Assembly (NCBI GenBank): GCA_030141605.1
Contig: JAQGDQ010000161.1
Location: forward strand, 310,001-374,000
Length of the DNA: 64,000 nucleotides
Source of the DNA: Tubiluchus corallicola
Lineage: Eukaryota; Animalia; Priapulida
Direction of reading: 5' to 3'
Numbering within the stretch: the stretch's first letter is position 1; each line of letters begins with the position of its first letter. Below, piece by piece: positions 37,609 to 64,000 of this stretch. Position numbers and translations under genes: made by a program. The notes below the pieces were generated by a model. The model saw only the letters and a list, made by a program, of their open reading frames with translations, was not told the DNA's origin and ran no database searches.

Positions 37609-39445
37609 TAGTTGTGATAATCATTGAAGTGGCTGTTATACTTGATTAAATAGTACAATAGTTGAAATATTGTATCAATATTATAAGATTAAATGAATTT
37701 TGATTCTTGTGTAACTGCATACTGGTCACTTATTAAACATTAAATACTCCTGTGCCAAAATGCAGGTTCAACTTTAAGAAATGAAGAGCCTAAATGGAAA
37801 TGTATGTTGTAGTGCTGGTTGCTGACTTCGCTAACTGAATATTGCTGTTTATCACATGTATATTAAACTTCAATTGTTTTAACTAATAAATCTGCATTAT
37901 TTTGATATTTGAGTTTAAAATTCACAGTTAACAGTTATTATTGAATGTTAATACGAGAATAATAGAGATTCGTGTGTATGTGTCAATTAACATTGCTTTA
38001 TGAGACACTTGTTGGCAACTTTTATTTCTTGGTTTGTTTCCTTTAGTGTGTTAGATTCTCTTAACCTCTTTTCTTTCGTTTCAAGCTATTCGACACTTTT
38101 AAGGTAAGGTTAGATTTTAATGCCGGAATTTTTCTATGCTCTTTCTCTACAGAAAAGGTGCAGTGTCCCTAAACGAGTGTGCTAGAAGAACAAAGATTAT
38201 CTGCTCCGTGAATTATCCACTTTTCAACCAGAAGCAATAAATCACGCTTAATTGGGAAACTATAGTCTACAGTAAGTGAAACAAAGGCATAATTTTGCGA
38301 TTATTTCATGACCTTTTAGACGTTAAGTATCAATTTGTTTAGGATGTACAAGTAAACAATTAAAATGTGAAGCAATTATGTGATCATTTTCTTACTGTGA
38401 TAATTTTACTGTTATGTTTGCTTGTTTGCTTATACGAGTCATTATTGTCGTTTGTCAAATTTTTGTTAATTGTTAACGAATGTGCTGGATTGCGGTACCA
38501 TTATTCATTGTTCGAGGACATTTTTACGTATTGGAATGTCAACATTAGAAATATTTTGCTGGCTTATTGATATCATTGTCGTTAAATGAATTACAGCTAC
38601 TAAAATAGCTTGAACATTAATCTACAAACAAAATATCTCTGTTTATAAACTTGTAATCTGTATAACCGTTATTATTGGTTTTTAAGTACAAAATTGTATA
38701 GTAACCAATAACAATATGCCGAGTTTTAAATAAATGTAACAGTTAAACAAATTGCGAAAGCTCTTTGTTAATTCTATAGTATATTCGTTTACTTTCATTT
38801 ATTCTTATAATGGGCCTATTCCACATAAAATAAAAATTTTGAAGAATTTATAAATTGCTGACAATAACAATACCCACAAACACTAAGACCAAAATGCAAT
38901 CTGCGGGCCTTGGTGCCTATAGCGTTGTCATACATACTAATGAGCCCTGTCTCATCTAAAACGTACTAAAAATGTAAAATTGCAAACAGGCCTACACGTA
39001 CGATTAGTACAAGTACAGATAGGAGTCAAGGATACACACTTATGAAACTTCAAAGATTATTTGACCGTATCAGTGGTTTTCTGCTGGGATAGTGCTTTCA
39101 TACCGGTAGCACCATAATTTGTATTAACAATCGTTTATATCACTCACTTCTAGTATATGTATGCTGCAATTTTTTGCTACAACTATCACCGCCGTATTTT
39201 GCGATTCTGTTTCCTTTTAAATAATCTGAATCATGCCAGTGCTACAGTGTGTTTTTCCATAATAACTTAGCTTTATTTAACCTTTTCCAGGAGAGGCTCT
39301 ATGATTCTTTTATCTTCATTTCTTCCTCTGTCGCTTTATGTCTTTTTTAATTTCTTTCTTTCATCTTCCAAGTATTGTCCTTTCTATCCTTTCTTTGTTT
39401 TATTCGATCTGCTCCTTATTTCTTAGACACAGTAAGACGCTCCAT

Positions 39446-39446
<1 letters not shown>

Positions 39447-39520
<74 letters not shown>
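39447..39520. repeat. (CT)n microsatellite
   Basis: About 36 CT units with one interruption; explains the SL and ER repeat ORFs. Confidence 0.98.
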
Positions 39521-39522
<2 letters not shown>

Positions 39523-39855
39523 GCCCCTCAGCGCTTTTTGGTTTATTTTTTCTTTTAAACATCGAAATAAAGAAGAAAAAAGAACCATTGTAAGATCTTT
39601 AAAACGAAGGTATAATTTACAAGGAGATATAAGGGCATCGTGTTCATAATTGCTTTGAAATAATTAGAACACAGCTATTGAACAAGCAAAGTTAATGCAC
39701 CTGTCTAGTTGATATAATACTAAGAGATGATAACAGTAGAACGCAACATAAGTGTACAAAATTCTTTGGCTACAAATAACGATGAAGACTGACGATGTCA
39801 GCGTCCAGCGTCATAAACGAGATATAATCTGATGCTGCGTCGCATGTCAATCATT

Positions 39856-39869
39856 GTTGCCACGGCGAC
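39856..39869. promoter_or_regulatory. RFX X-box upstream of the ODF3-like gene
   Basis: GTTGCCACGGCGAC matches the palindrome GTTGCCATGGCAAC at 12 of 14 positions, about 100 bp upstream of ATG 39971 of a ciliary-type gene. Confidence 0.65.
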
Positions 39870-39970
39870 GACGCTTCTAGCCATGTAAGTCGTTTGGAGT
39901 GATCTGGAAATTTTTGGAACTTATTTGGAAACACGGTATTTGGCCCTTTTTAACCCAAAAAACAGCAAAA

Positions 39971-42900
39971 ATGTCTGCAAGAACTAATCAAACCACCGAT
40001 GCACGCAATGTGGTGGAGGAGAGGTATTTCAAGGCCAAAATGGCGCGTCCCGGTACGTTTGGGAACAGGTAGGTTTTCACCTTACGTACATTTAAGTAGG
40101 CACATCAAATTGTGATTTTTTTCGTAATTTCGATGGGCAACAAGTCGGAATCTATCATTCGACAACAAATCTGATGTCTGTTGTAGCCTACTACCATAGC
40201 CGAATGGTTCTGATGAAATTAGAAATTATCAGTCATTAGACCCTTTCCAAAACGTGGCGCAAATTGTCAGCTGTCGTTGTCGTTGTTGATGACACGGTCA
40301 AAAATTGCAGTATGCCTATTGTGCTGCCTATCTTGCGAACGTTCCACAAGAAGGATCCAAGCTCTTGTTACAGATAATACTTTAAGGTAAAAGAAATTAA
40401 GCAATAAACATTGAACTGCACCAGCTACTATATGAATGCACCTTCTGAGCCAATAGACAAGTGAAATCAATTGCCTGGCGTCTGGCGGTCATCCGTCCAC
40501 TTACTAACAGACTCAGCGCTACCTGATCCATTACCGATCAACATAGCACACACACATATTCATCACTCAGCTGTCCTACCTATCCTACATGTTTGTAGCA
40601 ATAAAATTTTCCATTTTTATCGTACAACAATTTTATAAAACTGGCTGTCATTTTTTTGCTTATACGTTTATTTTATACTGGCATGTGTCTTATTCTTTAG
40701 AGTTGACTGGCAAATAACAACACAAAGTCCAGGACCTGGGATTTACAACACCAGAGACACCTATTCTAGAGGCGGAAAACATAGAGCAAATGCTGTACCC
40801 TTCTCTCATATAAATCGGTAAGAAACAATGAAAGAATTTCCCCCTAAATTAAATTTAGTTATTACAAATATAATCACATATAGCTTGGATTACTGTGCCC
40901 TCGTTTGAGAGATTATATTACTCTTTTTTTCTTTCTAGTGATATGCCAACGGTCCCTGGTCCCGGACCAGCAAACTACAGTCCACTGGATGTTGAAAAAA
41001 GTACGTCAAAATATAAAAACGCACCTGCTTACTCCTTTAAAAAGCGACCGATAGATAACATGTCAACGGCTTCGCCTGGTGAGTTGCATTTATGCAATGA
41101 AGTTTCTAGTTGCTTGATGTGGATTTGATTGACTGGAATAGTTTGTTTATTTAGTAGTTGGTGGTATAATTGGTCGTTTAGTCGGTTGGTTGGTTGATTG
41201 GCTAGCCGGTTGATTGATTGATTGGTTGGGTGGTTTGTTGGTTGGCTGTGTGTTTGTTTGTTCGGTTGGTTGGTCGGTTGGTTGATTGGTTGGTTATGTC
41301 AGTGTCCATCCATCGACAATGGCACTTCCTTGCAAAAGGTTAATGAAACCATTTCGGCTTTGGATGGCAGCAAAGCTCCCGACTGTGATGGACTCTTGCC
41401 AGCAATAATCAAACTTTTAACAACTGACATTGTTACTTTTATTGATAATAAACTTGTTAGCCTTGCTTGTGGCACTCGAGTGGTCAAGGCAATTCAGGTT
41501 AGTTTACCTATACGAGTAAAGCAGTTACTTTTTTTCGTGTTGTTTATTAATCCTCTGATTCGTGCGTTTTAAGAGCTATCGGATGATGGTTTTCTGTGTA
41601 ATTTGCACGGTCTCATGATGATAATTGATAGAGTGATATTCCCCACATCTCGTGATAGTCTCACTAACAAGTGAACTGTTTTAAGTAATTTTATTCATTT
41701 TAGCTCGTCACCCAGATGCCTCCTTTTAAGGGATGTAATGAATGCAAGTCAGTAATGATGACAAACACCACTGACTGAAGTATATTAGGGGAGCTATGAG
41801 CTCCAGGTTCTGTATTTATAGAATTTATAGATTATAGAATTATAGAATATATCAATAAAATTTAAAACTGAATTTAACCATAAGCTCCATTCACACTAGT
41901 CATTATGCAGGTATACCTGAAAAGCATAGGATAGTTTTAGGAGGTCTATAGATTAATCGTCACATAACTTATTAAGTGAGACTGGCTACAAAGCCCAGAG
42001 AATGCGTCTTTGCTCATGCGACCAGAGTCCTATAAAGTGAGCAACATGTTTTATCTGGATGTAGTATTTCTGCCGATTTAAGAGTTGGAAGGACTTGTGT
42101 GACCATAATTATGTGACTTATTCAAATGTGATTTATTCCTTATGTGCTCTTATATTAATAAAGGTCTTAGTCACTTTTGAATGACTAACTAACAAATTGA
42201 CTGGCTGACTGAAATGTATGCTAGTGCCTTACACAGGCAATTTGTGGCGCAGTGGAACTAAATGATCAACTGGCTACATGCATAAATTTTAACGTGATGA
42301 GATTTATTAGAACGCGACTAATGAACGCTATATATGTTAAAATAAAATAAAATAAAATATGCTAAAATTGATTCATCTTGCATTTCAGAGATTTTAAACA
42401 ATTTTATTTGCAGGGCCAGCGCAATACACCGTGCCCAGTTACTTCGGGGGAGTGAGTAAAGAGTCAAATAAGACTAACCATCCTGCTGTTCCGTTCACTC
42501 CCCGTGAACATAACGCTCGCCAAGCCAACAGGGTATTTATTCATTGTTATTCATAATAATACGTGCTTTCTTTCATTTAAAAACTTTTGTTTCTTTTGCG
42601 TAAAATTTATATTGTGCCATACGCTAACACAAATATTCAATAATTTTCGCCAGTAGTATATAGTAGGCCTATTTACATACGCATTTAACTGCATGTATGC
42701 GCACGCAAAGTACACTGGACACTGATACGGTGACATTGCGTGCAAATATGCAAATCATAATGGCACACAAACATGCCAATAAAAATGCTTCCATCAGCAA
42801 ATTTTTTCACACTTCAATACTTTTTACGGAATTCAGCACTTAGTCGCATAAGCTACTTGATATTGATAATTATGGCGAGACCAGACACTGGTTCTAAGCG

Positions 42901-45100
42901 GTTCATTATCACAGCCAAAGACACCAAATTGGCACAGATATCTTAGCCACATTTGGGTACGAATGCGTCCTGCATTAACGAATTAAACTACTCAGGTTCA
43001 GTTTTTCGAATGAAGCTTCTTAGACTGGATGAGAATTGAACCCATGCATTCATAAACCTGACCATTCAACTCTGTCATGACCACTCTGCTATGCACTCTC
43101 GCCTCATATGTACTTTCTCGCTTGAACTTAAATTGTTCCACTGTATTACAGGCACCAGGTCCAGCAGCTTATAATGTTGTAGATTTTGATGTTTACAAGA
43201 ATCGAGCTCCAACCATGAAACTTCTTTCTGGACACGGAGAGTGCTTTCGTACCAGCGCTGGGCCTGGACCAGCAGCTTATCGTGTGGGTATTATTATTGC
43301 ATATTGCATATCGTTATTGTATATAGCTCAGAGGGCTTTTTCATACTCATTTCTTGTGGTCTGTAGTAGTGCAACGGAATTAGGGCATCTAAAGCAAATC
43401 ACGGAGGCCAGACGATATAAAATCGAAATTAAACTTTTAAGTGACCTACAACACAAATATCCCAAGGTTGTATCCCATTGTTGAGTAGGTGTTTTTTTGC
43501 AAGCTGCTTATTGAACCGTAAAACAGAATATAAAAGAGAAAAAACTCTATACACTAGACATAAAAATGGAACAGACTACAACAATACAAATAAACCACTT
43601 CTCTATGGTATAACGGTTCAAGCACATAGGTTCAAACTTGCTCCGAGTTATTTCAGTCAGGTATGCATTCAACGATTTTCTGGACCAATGTAGCATTAAT
43701 TTTTGTAACTTGTACATCTTGTGACGAACTTAAAAACACGAACTTCTCATTAGGTGACATATAATGAAAATTAGTACAAAAATTAGATAGTATCAAAACA
43801 TTCCTCTATTATAATGACGTATAGGCCTATAATGGGCATTCTGAACTGCAAAATTTGCAAAAACAATTTCCGGGATGTACAATCATAATCAAAATCTGGT
43901 AAATTATGTATATGGTAAATGTACGTAGATACGTCTGTAAACATTATGGCGTTCTCTTGCGTTTGGATTTCTGTCCTCTGTCCCGGAATATTTACACATC
44001 CTGTATTGATTGCGGAGTTTCTTGACCATTTGCTTCCCTTGTGTTCGAAAATGAGATCTTTCTGCCAATGCCGCATATGTAATCACACAATTTTTCTCCT
44101 CTAAGAACAATAGAGTATCCTATTTTAGGAAAACGTCTGCGAGGAAATCAAAACGTAATACTAGTAGGTCTAACAGAAATGGCATGCTTTCAAGGCTGTA
44201 GAACTAAAAAGAGTTGCTATTTGTTTTGTGCAAAGTCTCTGCTTAACGTTGTGCCATTTTAAATTCTTGCTGTTCTACAAACTCTTGAGGAAAACATGGA
44301 TGACGTACTTTTAAGCCCGCATTAAAATCGGTATTAAATCTCCATTAAATTTTAAAAATTTTCGTACTTCTTCGTCTCTTAGACGCTGCAACAAATTCGA
44401 GGACTAAAATGGGAATTTAATGACTTGTTGTTAATAATAGGTAAAAGGGGAATTCGACAAACTGACAGAAGTACCAGACTTTGGATTTGGAGGTTGCCAC
44501 TCTAGACCACAGTCAAGTTACTCACAGCGTTTAAGTGACGATGATGAAAGATCGCTACCTGCTACGCCGGCAAAATCTAAAACACCGCAAAAAAGACCAC
44601 CATCCAGCGGAAGACCCATATCACCACAACGTACACAACAGCAACAACAACAAAGACCTAAAACTAGAGAAAGCGAAGAGACGAAGTATTACGAAGAGGC
44701 TCAAGCACCTGGCGAGAAAACTAGTGGGAAAGTTGGAGTTGTTGAAGTGTCTTCTCGCAAGAGTGGAGCAGATACGAAGAAGTCAACTTCTCGCGGAGCA
44801 AATGTGCAGGAGTCAACTTCCCAAGGAGCAAGCGTCAAGGAGTCAACGTCTCAAGGAGCAAACGTGAAGGAGTCAAGTTCTAAAGGAGCAAACGTCAAAG
44901 AGTCAACTTCTCGTGGTGCAAGTGTCAAGGAGTCATCTTCTCGTGGTGCAAATGTGAAGGAATCATCTTCTCGGAAGAGTGATATAAGCCCAAAGCAGAC
45001 CAGTTCTCAAAAGAGTAACGCAAGTGCAAAAAGTGGTGCTTCTCAAAAGAGTGGTGGAGGGTCTGTGAAGGAACCACTAAGTGTTGATGATTTGCAATAA
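39971..45100 (+). CDS. ODF3/SHIPPO-1 (CIMAP1-like) PGP-repeat ciliary or sperm-tail protein with extended low-complexity C-terminus, about 421 aa, 6 exons
   Basis: Exons 39971-40068, 40701-40817, 40939-41078, 42414-42532, 43152-43283, 44441-45100; phases consistent. Five SHIPPO motifs SPGPGIY, GPGPANY, SPGPAQY, APGPAAY, GPGPAAY, interspersed with APAYSF and APTMKL. Confidence 0.85.
41170..41295. repeat. Degenerate (GGTT/GATT)n microsatellite
   Basis: Visible tetranucleotide array; explains the GWLVGWL ORF. Confidence 0.9.
41320..41450 (+). mobile_element. Small LINE ORF2 fragment (pre-RT region)
   Basis: ETISALDGSKAPDCDGLLPAIIKLL resembles the LINE motif L..KAPGPDG....LK. Confidence 0.5.
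44765..44974 (+). repeat. Coding 30-bp tandem repeat, 7 copies, consensus GA[N/S]VKES[T/S]S[R/Q/K]
   Basis: GADTKKSTSR GANVQESTSQ GASVKESTSQ GANVKESSSK GANVKESTSR GASVKESSSR GANVKESSSR. Confidence 0.95.
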
Positions 45101-46084
45101 ACAAGTTTCGATATTGCTGTCCCTTGTTTCTAAGGTTGGTAAAAATCAAAAGCATGAATGATGATGCCAAGGACATTTTTATAATCTGATTATGAAAATG
45201 TAAATCAAAGTTATTTAAGAAATAAATTATTAAAATGTAAAGGTGACAGATAGGACCAACCTTGTCTACATTTTCGAAAAACTGTGACATGGACTCTTCG
45301 TTGTCATTTTTGCGCAAATGAGTTTATTTTGACACAGTGGATGTGCCACTTATGATATTGCTTAGGTTTTTGGATACAACTGTTCGGCTACAACTGGATG
45401 CATACTGGAGTACAGTACTGAATGCCTTTTCCACCATGTCGTGTGATGTAAAATCAAGTTTTTTTATGTAGCTGTCTTTTTACCTATACAGCAGATAAAG
45501 TAATAAAATCAAGTTATTTGCATATAACTAGTAGTAATAGTTTATTTTCTGTGCAGAGATTTCAGGAGTACGAACAACGCTCTGGATATTGATAAAAATA
45601 TAGGGTAGTGATCCCAGCACTTCAAAAAAAAATAAGGAAATTACAGCCTTTCCTACTCAAGTACCATTGAAATAGAGCTTTTAGGGGAACAAAACCCACA
45701 ACTAGTTCGCATATCATTTACCATCACATCTTTCTTCCTTCAACTTCATTTTCTGCTGCTTTACTACTCCTTTTCTTTTTCTCAATCTACATTCGTTTGG
45801 GATGTGTGCACCAATTAATTACTTCCGAGCACACCGTAGGCCATCTGCAGTTTGGCACTTTGGGTAGATAATAAATATGTTACACATATTAACATTTCAT
45901 GAAGTGTTTTGAAGTGCAATGCTGTAATGGTTGTTGTGGATGTATTTAATAAATAAGAAATAAAATAAAATACTGCCAGAAAAACGTTTGCAGCAGTTGA
46001 GAAGACAAATTCGTAGACTAAGACACAACAGCAGTCCATTAATCAACTATCAGATTTAAAGCGAAGAAGGTGCTGAAAAATTGT

Positions 46085-46150
46085 GTCAATCAGGATTCAA
46101 ACCCAGAACTTTGTGGTTTCAAGCCACATGCCTAGGCCATTTGAACACTG
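46085..46150 (-). mobile_element. Degenerate tRNA-derived SINE head
   Basis: Minus strand CAGTGTTCAAATGGCCTAGGCATGTGGCTTGAAACCACAAAGTTCTGGGTTTGAATCCTG with A-box and B-box-like motifs. Confidence 0.5.
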
Positions 46151-46842
46151 AATTCAACAAATTTGCATCAATTCTCATGCTGAATGCAATCAGTCTGCGC
46201 TACCTATCCGCAGTAAAGAGAAAATAATTAATTAACAAGCTACCAACCATCATATTCTCCCTGCAAACTAATAAAATTCAAAAGCAATAAATCCCTGCAA
46301 ACTAATAAAATTCAAGTAATAAAAAGTAAAAATTTAAGAGAATAAATTCTAACCATTTTTATTAAAACCACAAATCAACAAAATAACACAGTCGGTTACT
46401 ACAAAAAAGTGGAATAGTGTGTGTCAAACGCAATTGAAATCACAGACCATCTGCCTTTACATAAACGCTTACTTCAATAGAAGAAATCTTTATCATTTTG
46501 ACAACACATTCATGATTAACAAACTAGATAACATCTTAGCACCATTTCAGTTTTTACAAGCTTGCTAATAAGCAGTATTCTTACTATACATTATACAGTC
46601 CTAGCTCTAGCATCACAGGTTGAAAAAAACCTTATTGTTATCCCATTACCTTCAGATGTAACACAGTGTTAAAGTGCCTAGAAAAGCTTTAATATGGGAG
46701 CAAAGCATTACCTGGTTACTGTGCTTTCCCTTTACACAAAATAAAAGACAAAAATGACTAAATTAAAGCAATCACAGAGAAGTTAACACATTATGCACAA
46801 CTAGTCTTTTTGCCTATCTTAAATTAGCACTAAAATATAAGA

Positions 46843-47160
46843 ATTATTAATTAGATTATGCGTTGAATGCCAGAATGTTCATAAATCAATGTGGTTTATT
46901 TTATAACAATTATTACCCATTGCGGGTAATGAGCCAAAGAAAAGAGGACTAGCAAGGATTTGAACCTGAGGCCTGGGATTAGTACTCCCATGTTCTGCCC
47001 GTTAAGCTACCAGTCAACAAAACAAAACAGACCCATGATTTCCTCCTTGTAGCACTCAATCATTCAACTCAGTACCCACAATGGGTAATAATTATTGTAA
47101 AATAAACCACAATGGTTTATGAACGTTCCGGCATTCAAAGTCATGAACTAATTAACAATA
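46843..47160. mobile_element. Inverted-repeat (MITE-like) element with arms of about 90 bp enclosing a tRNA-like sequence
   Basis: 46843-46933 is the near reverse complement of 47068-47160 (TTGAATGCC..AA.GTTCATAAA.CA.TGTGGTTTATTTTA.AA.AATTATTACCCATTG.GGGTA.TGAG). Confidence 0.8.
46947..47015 (-). pseudogene. tRNA-like sequence (tRNA pseudogene or SINE head)
   Basis: GACTGGTAGCTTAACGGGCAGAACATGGGAGTACTAATCCCAGGCCTCAGGTTCAAATCCTTGCTAGTC: A box, B box GGTTCAAATCC, stem TGGGA/TCCCA with a 7-nt loop, and GACTGG/CTAGTC acceptor-like pairing one base pair short. Confidence 0.55.
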
Positions 47161-48426
47161 TCATCGCTACGTGGCAGCTAATTTGAAGAATAATATATAA
47201 GAAATATACATGTATTTGTTTTTTTAACAAAAACAATTTGCTACAAAGTCAGTTATTAGCAGAGGAAGTGAATAGAAGCATAGTAAGCTTATTTCAAGTA
47301 CAGAGATAAAATCACTAGATACAGAGATAATGGCCACATCTTTTTTAAACAACAGCAGCTGTTGTGCTGCTTCTTTGAAGTGCAATTTGTTTAAAGAAGC
47401 AAACCAAGTTTACCTGCATCAACTATTACGTATTCTTTAATTAGCACCCTTTTTATTTCACCACTGACTTCCTCCCAGTGGTATACTTGCAGAGGTTAAA
47501 AATCTACGCTGCTTTTTTCAGGATGCTCAGAACATGATCTCTAAAATTATATTTCTTGACAGTGCATGATAAAAGTTAATGTAAAATAAAACTACACAAT
47601 CCATCCATATAAGTCTAAATTCCCAACAATGTACAAAGCATCTGCCATTATCCAAAACAGGTGAGATATGTCAGTTCCTGTTTAATAACGCCTACTTATT
47701 AAAGAAAATGTATCTAGCATAAAAAACAAGTAGAGATTTAAACAGTTTAATTGTCAGCTCAATCAAAACCTTTCAATCCTTATGTGCTAAATCAATAGTA
47801 GTACATAATATTTTGAATTAGAATCACCGTGCACAAAGGGGCAATGTTACAACTTCTAAGAAACACTTTTCAGAAAGTATCTGGCACATAGCAACAATAA
47901 TTATATAGTTACATAATTTCAACAATAATTGCACTTTACAATAATGAAAACAAAAATTTCCTCTAGTTACTCCAGTGGTCTAACAGTAGAACTGCACCAC
48001 TGTCAGTAAACACATTTTCAAAAGAATTTTCAGCAACTGTTTAACTCTGTAGTTCAAGTATTTTGATTTGTTTAGCTCTTTAGTTCACATGCTTTGATGT
48101 TAAATACAAAAATTACAATTGTATCTTTAATTGTGTCATCTTGCGTTTGATTTTAAAATAAAAAATACATAACAAGTTTAGTATTATCAATACACTTTGT
48201 GTCAGCTTTTCTATGTGTTTGCCCTCTAATTTTAGAATACGGCAACACCCCCCCCCCCATATTCACCTTCAGAAATGTTTTCACCAATGATTAAGAGGTT
48301 CTTCTGACAGTAACATTTGATGTACACCATTACCTATCATCATACTTAGGCATAGAAAGTTCAAAGCAAAAAGTCTCATTACAAACAGTTTCATCACAGG
48401 ATAGAAAACGACTACTTCTGTAAGTA

Positions 48427-63400
<14,974 letters not shown>

Positions 63401-63469
63401 CTACAATGAAAAATTTTAAAGTCATCCAAAACATGTGCTTGACATTTTGTTGTACTGTGTTTTAGTTTA

Positions 63470-63829
63470 ACTGTGAAACATCAGATATGCAAAGACATGC
63501 AAAAAGTCTTGCTCCTTACAGCATTCGACTGCCAGGTTTTCTGTCGCAAGTTTTCTCTCTCACGGCAAACTCGTAATTTTGAACTGCTTTACGAGTTACT
63601 GTCGGCAAGTTATTGCAAACTCTCTGATAGTTGCTGCAAGCTGATGTACTGTTCTAATATGAATGTTTGGGCGAGTTTTTCTTCATACTTCTCCCAGCAA
63701 AGACTAGAGAAGTGAGAGTCAGTTCGCGCTTACATTTGGAGTTGCAATAAGTTTTGCTCTCTAGTCTGAACGCACTTGCTGGTTACTTGACGACTTACTG
63801 GCGAGAAAACTTGCTAGTCTGAACGTACC
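63470..63829. mobile_element. Harbinger-like element fragment (right end)
   Basis: Ends GTCTGAACGTACC (reverse complement GGTACGTTCAGAC) with an internal echo GTCTGAACGCAC near 63764. Confidence 0.4.
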
Positions 63830-64000
63830 ATTAATTACAATTATTGATTTCCATACTACCATGTGATGGCTATGTTAGCCCTAAAAATTTTGCAATTTAT
63901 TCTTGGTTTAGCTTGCTGATCTTCTGAAAATGTTTCCTATGTCATGTGAAGATGGCCACAGATTGTGGTTGAAATGACTGTGTGAATCAAAGCCAAATTT

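Noticed and set aside
39338-39649. SL-repeat and ER-repeat ORFs
   Set aside because: Translations of the (CT)n microsatellite.
44535-44867. 110-aa basic ORF
   Set aside because: Alternate frame of the last ODF3-like exon; the frame from 44441 to 45100 is the phase-compatible one.
46947-47015. Functional tRNA-Ser(ACT) gene
   Set aside because: Acceptor stem is short, G at position 32, no long variable arm, and it sits inside a repeat; treated as tRNA-like only.

Overview
AT-rich, intron-rich genomic DNA from an invertebrate animal, not a prokaryote; most entries in the ORF track are spurious or exon fragments. Manual splice-site and phase analysis gives six multi-exon genes: SARAF (-, 8 exons); an F-box/LRR FBXO39-like gene (+, 4 coding exons, GC-AG first intron); a Rab32/38-subfamily GTPase (-, 8 exons, GC-AG first intron, His in place of the switch-II catalytic Gln); a DUF4537/C11orf16-like gene (+, 11 exons); an ODF3/SHIPPO-repeat ciliary protein with a decapeptide-repeat tail (+, 6 exons); and the 3' part of an SLC4 Na+-coupled bicarbonate transporter (-, 15 exons in window). 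There are two head-to-head gene pairs, RFX X-box-like motifs upstream of the two putative ciliary genes, and many LINE, SINE and MITE relics and tandem duplications. The best leads are a phase-consistent antisense exon chain interleaved in the F-box introns, the Q-to-H Rab, a tRNA-like unit inside long inverted repeats downstream of the SLC4 stop, and a splice-controlled PDZ-type SLC4 C-terminus. Gene models are hand-built from sequence alone; no database search was run, and no new biological system is demonstrated.
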